Source of the DNA: Salpingoeca rosetta
Taxonomy: Eukaryota > Protista > Choanoflagellata
DNA: 64,000 nt
Assembly (NCBI GenBank): GCA_033442325.1
Contig: JAWQFM010000002.1
Span: 2,252,602 to 2,316,601, forward strand
Direction: 5' to 3'
Shown in pieces: positions 59,401 through 64,000 of this stretch (positions are counted from its first letter, which is position 1; each line of letters starts with the position of its first letter). Made by a program: the position numbers and the translations under genes. The notes beneath the pieces were generated by a model. That model was not told the DNA's origin and searched no databases. It worked only from the letters and a program-made list of their open reading frames with translations.

Positions 59401-59946
59401 ACCAGACCTCGGCGCAAGAATGCACAGCCCGCGTTTAACGAAGATGACGACGGGGATGGTGATGACGGCTACGATGGGAGTGGCAACGGCAGTGGCAGTG
59501 GTGGTGGCAGTGGTGGCGGTGACGGTGACGGTGGTGGTGAGGATACAGATGAGGAGGCACAGCTGCAGCGCAGCACACGGGATGCCGCCACGACGCTTGT
59601 GTCCATGTGGGAAGGCAGGGCTGAAGGCACACGGAGCTACAAGCACGGCAGAGGTAATGGACAGCGTCACCGTGGCGGCGGCGGTGGCGGCGGCGACAGC
59701 GATGGTGCGAGGAATGGCGGTGTCAACATGACAGCTGAGAGGGAAGATGGCCCACATCATGACAGGGGGGAAAGTGCCGAAAACGGGCGGGAGTCGGGCG
59801 CCAGCACGGGCAGCGAACGTAGTGGAGGCAACAAGCTCAAGGTGAGCAAGCAGTCAAAGGTGAAGAAGGTTCGCAGCTCACACAGCTCCGCTTCTCCACC
59901 GTCCATGACTGACGGTAGCGTGCAGAGCAAGACGGCCCAGGCGTGA
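56410..59946 (+). CDS. Gln-rich transcription factor with two C-terminal zinc fingers (C2H2 + C2HC), multi-exon
   Basis: [25 protein letters not shown] / [27 protein letters not shown] joined by a canonical TG(E/Q)RPF linker. Q/H/P-rich N-terminus. Confidence 0.85.
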
Positions 59947-60621
59947 TATGGCACATGTCTGTTTGTACATGTGTGTGTGTGTGTGAAAAGGCGCGCGCGT
60001 GTGTGATTGTAGTGTGCATGTGCCTGTGTGATTGTCGTGTAGATGTGTGTATGTGCATGTGCAATGTCGTGCAACAATGCAGCCTGTTCATTTTTATTGA
60101 GAGTGTAATTGTTTGATTCAGGAAAGGTGTGGATGGAGGGTGGTTGGGGGGGGGGGGTGTTTGAGGGAAGAGGACGTCATTTCAAGGCATAAACAAGACT
60201 CCTGTCCAATCCGAGGTGGCATTCTGCGTTGACTCTGGGAAGGCTGTCCTGTTTTGTCCACTACGTGTGTGTGCGTGTTTGAAGGAAATCGGATATGCAG
60301 CTGGCCACTCGTTGTTCGTTTTTGCTTCCAGTGCGATACATGCACACTGCGCGTGTGCGTGTGCGTGCAGTCGGTGCATTGCGATGGTTTAATCTGATAA
60401 ATGGAGGAACATCACCATGTGACATGACACCACATGGCAAGCAGCCACACTGAGCAGCATATGGTGCACCAACAACGCTGACGTGCAGCTCAGAGCAACC
60501 AAGTCTGAGGCGGGGGGATGAGACATCGAAGGCAGCGAAGATCGACGAAACAAGTCTTTGGCAGCGAGATAAACCAACAGGCCACATGAGTGAGGCGGTG
60601 TGAGAGTGTGTGCATGAATCG

Positions 60622-62833
60622 TCAGGCCAGATATTTGTAGGTTTGCGGGTCGTTGGGATCACGCTCCAAATAGTCGCGCTCAATCAGCGTCTCAACTCGC
60701 TTCTTGATATCCACCGGCTGTGCGCGTGAGTGAGTTGAGTTGAGTTGAGTTGAGTGAGTGAGTGAGTGTGTGTAAAGTGTGTAAATGTGAGTGAGTGAGT
60801 CAAGTGAGCGTATTTGTTTGTTGCGTGTACGTGCATGCATCGCGAAGACGCGGCGGCAACATGTAAGCTTGCCTTGCAAGGGAACTTGAGTTGTTGGAAG
60901 AGTTCCGTGAGAAGAAAGTTGTGCTTCAGCGTCTTTCTCGCTTTCATCACTCGCACAATCGCAGCATCAATCTTTTCGCAAGAAACACGAGGCACACGCG
61001 GTGAGGGACTTGTGAAAGTTGGGTGACAGCGGCGCAGATGTGCAAGCGCAAGTGCAAGTGCAAGTGCGTGTGCAAGTGCATGTGTATGTGCAGTGTGCGA
61101 GCGCGGGGTGGTGTTGATGATGAAGGCGTGCTGAGTTGCTTACCGCAAACACGCGATCCTGGAACACTTTCTCGGATGTCGCATCGGTTTCCGCTTGCTG
61201 CAAGTTTTGGTCGACACACAGACACATTACAAAGGACAGACATGGACATGTACACATATGTACACAGTATCGCGGCATGACACGAGGGTGAGCCTAATAA
61301 TGACCGGGAGACATCAGCATGACGTTTTCACACAAGCTGGCAGCAGCAGTGACAACAAGAGCAACAAGAACAAGAACAAGAGCAAGAACAACAATGAGAC
61401 ACTCTTGTGAGGGTTGCGTTGTCGTCGAGTGTGCGTGGTTCCTACCGTCTGTTTCATCTGGATTTGGTTGATTTTCACGCGTCGCCTCTCGTTGGAGAAC
61501 TTGTAGTTGACAATAAACTTGTCCGTCTCATCGACCTCCTTGCCCTGCTCACGCACGCACGCGCATCACAGCATGATCAGGGTTCAAATGCACATGCGCA
61601 CTGTCAGGATGCAAACACAGACACAAATGTGGGCCAGCACAAGCGTGCGCACACACACACACACATAGGCAGGCAGACAGGTAGACACACAACCATACAC
61701 CCACACACACCAATCACACACACCAATCTCACCCACACACACACACACACCCACACCCACACCCACCCACACACACACCAATCACACCCACACACACCTA
61801 CCTTCGGGCTCTTGGCAAGGACTCTGATTTTCCCGCACGCAAGCGATTGCAGCGTCCGCTTGAGTGTGGGCATGTCTGTGGCGCAACATACGAGATCGTA
61901 CAAGTGCGTGGTTGTGTGCGTTTGCGTTTGGCGGGCGGTGGAGGAGGCGGTGGTGAGGCGAGTATGAGCACCCAATTCACATGCGCATGTGGCAAAACAA
62001 GCGCGGCACAAGACAGCCCAGCCCGACGCACCAATGCCTGTGGCTTGCTGGATTTCCTTGCATGTGAGCTTTTGGCTGTCGTTGAAGAGGAGCAACACAA
62101 TGGCCTGGAAGAGGGACACAATCAACTCTTTGTTTCCCTGTAGTGAAGATTTGAACAACAGCGTGAAGTGAGGTGGGAGAACAAACAGGCGAGTGAAACA
62201 AAACAGAGGTACGACGAAGCAGATCGGGAGTAAGAACACAAACACGCGCACAGGCACACCGGAACACAGCAACAGCAAAACACCCAATGGCCGCACGCGT
62301 TGGAAGGAGGCGCCAAGGATGCACTGCCCCTGTGACGGCTGCCACTGCAGCTTGCGGTTCTTGTGTTTGTTGCAGTAAAACTGGCTGAACAGCTCTTGCA
62401 TGCGCACAACCTGTGAGAAATGACATGCCGTGAATTATCAAACACGGTTGCATGTGGAGGAATCCGTGGCAAAATGGCGCCTGGTTGTTGAGTAGGGCTT
62501 CTCAAAGATGTCAAGTATAAGAAGAAGCAGAGCAGCAACAAGCAGGGGCGGTAGCATATGCGCGACTGACATCCGGCGGAAGGGTGACGTTGACTTTGGG
62601 GTATGTTGGCCAGTTGGATGTCGTGAGAACGTTCACATACAGCTCCATGCTGGGCTGCTGTCGAGTCACTTCCAGATGCTGTTGACATGTGTGTGTGTGT
62701 GTGTGTGTGAGTGCGTGTGTTGTGTGTGCGTGTGTTGTGTGTGCGTGTGTTGTGTGTGCGTGTGTTGTGTGTGCGTGTGTTGTGTGTGTGTGTGTGTTGC
62801 GTTGTGTGCGTGCGTGCGTGCGTGTGTGAGTGA

Positions 62834-62874
<41 letters not shown>

Positions 62875-63116
62875 CGTGACAGTAGCAGTGTCGTCAACAT
62901 CCCAAGTAACAAAATCACAGGGTTACAGGAGCTCGAATGGAAAGCACCCTTGCAGCCGCACATACAGCAGGCCCCATTCACAACACCACGCAAGAATACT
63001 TGTGTGAGCAGGTGGGAAACACGCACAGTCTTGAAGTCTGCGTTGAGTTGAGCTGAGATGTCAATGTCCTTCAGCATTCCCTCCAAGTGCGATGTGAAGT
63101 TGGCTCCACATTCTGG

Positions 63117-63167
<51 letters not shown>

Positions 63168-63879
63168 CGTCGTTGTTGTTGTTGTTGTTGTTTGCGAAGC
63201 GTGAATGCAAGTGTGTTGATGAACAGATCACGCTCCGTGCAGACAAACACATGTGCCCAAATACATACACATCCATACCCAGCGCACCCCCTGCCATACC
63301 CACAGCCACATGCCACTCTTGCTTCCCGCTGCCGCATACCGAGCTTGAGCTTGGAGACGAGGAGCTTCTCGTATTCCGTGGATGCCGTCTTCTGGTGCAG
63401 CAGGCGCCGGCTCAGGCTGTCCTGGTAAAACGCCTCAAACATGTCCTTGCCTTGCACAAACCGGAAGAGATCAAGCACGCGCTGGAACGTGCGTTCGACT
63501 TCGTCCTCCCGCTTGCCCTGGTGATGCGGTGCCGCGCACGCACGTGAACAGCGTCCAACGTCAGTGCAATGGATGTCAGTGGTGAGAAAGCGGAAACAAG
63601 ACAGAGGATGTGAAGGCTTGTTGGTTGATTGGTTGATGGGTTGGTGGGTTTGCTCGTTCGTGTGCGCGCATGCGTATGTATGTATGTATGCATGTATGTA
63701 TGTGTGTGTATGCGTGTGTGGAGCAAAGCATACGCATAGCAAAACGAGTGCGGCGCAACACACCTTGAGGCCCTTGCGCAGGAACGAGTCAAGATAGCCA
63801 GCAATCAGCTCTGCAGGTTTGTTTGACCGCTTGTTGATAAAAGTCGAAAACGCGGACTGTACAGCAAGAAGCAGGGTGG

Positions 63880-63974
<95 letters not shown>

Positions 63975-64000
63975 TGTGTCTCCCTCCGCGTCTGTCGGTG
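60622..64000 (-). CDS. CUL4: Cullin-4, 3' portion (gene continues beyond the window)
   Basis: [87 protein letters not shown] (neddylation Lys), ERDYLERD...YKYLA*. Confidence 0.93.

Overview
Eukaryotic genomic DNA: GC-rich, with short GT-AG introns full of (GT)n/(CA)n microsatellites and one 100-N assembly gap. The gene style (non-metazoan cadherin/EGF and LRR-FN3 receptors, roadblock dynein light chains) resembles a choanoflagellate such as Salpingoeca rosetta; this is inference. Apparently intact host genes: a bZIP factor (5'-truncated), a small PPxY tail-anchored protein, an SCP2-type thiolase, a DUF924 protein, two convergent roadblock paralogues, an AmpG/MFSD3-like MFS transporter, UTP14, nicotinamide riboside kinase, a BACE-like aspartic protease, a two-finger C2H2 factor and the 3' part of cullin-4. 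Two islands (about 18-33 kb and 44.6-51.6 kb) hold transposon remnants and frameshifted pseudogenes. The main finding is at 21773-25623 (+). It is a 7-exon gene with phase-compatible splice sites that joins an XPG/EXO1/FEN1-family 5' nuclease (all seven acidic active-site residues present) to a Fanzor/TnpB-type RuvC nuclease (GLDPG, VDEFRTT, CxxC zinc finger, RDRD). It is followed by a strongly self-complementary ~120-nt segment, a candidate omega-RNA scaffold. It sits head-to-head with a MuDR transposase remnant and abuts a truncated cadherin gene. This copy has one frameshift and a 54-bp duplication in the nuclease half. All calls come from manual motif reading; no searches were run.
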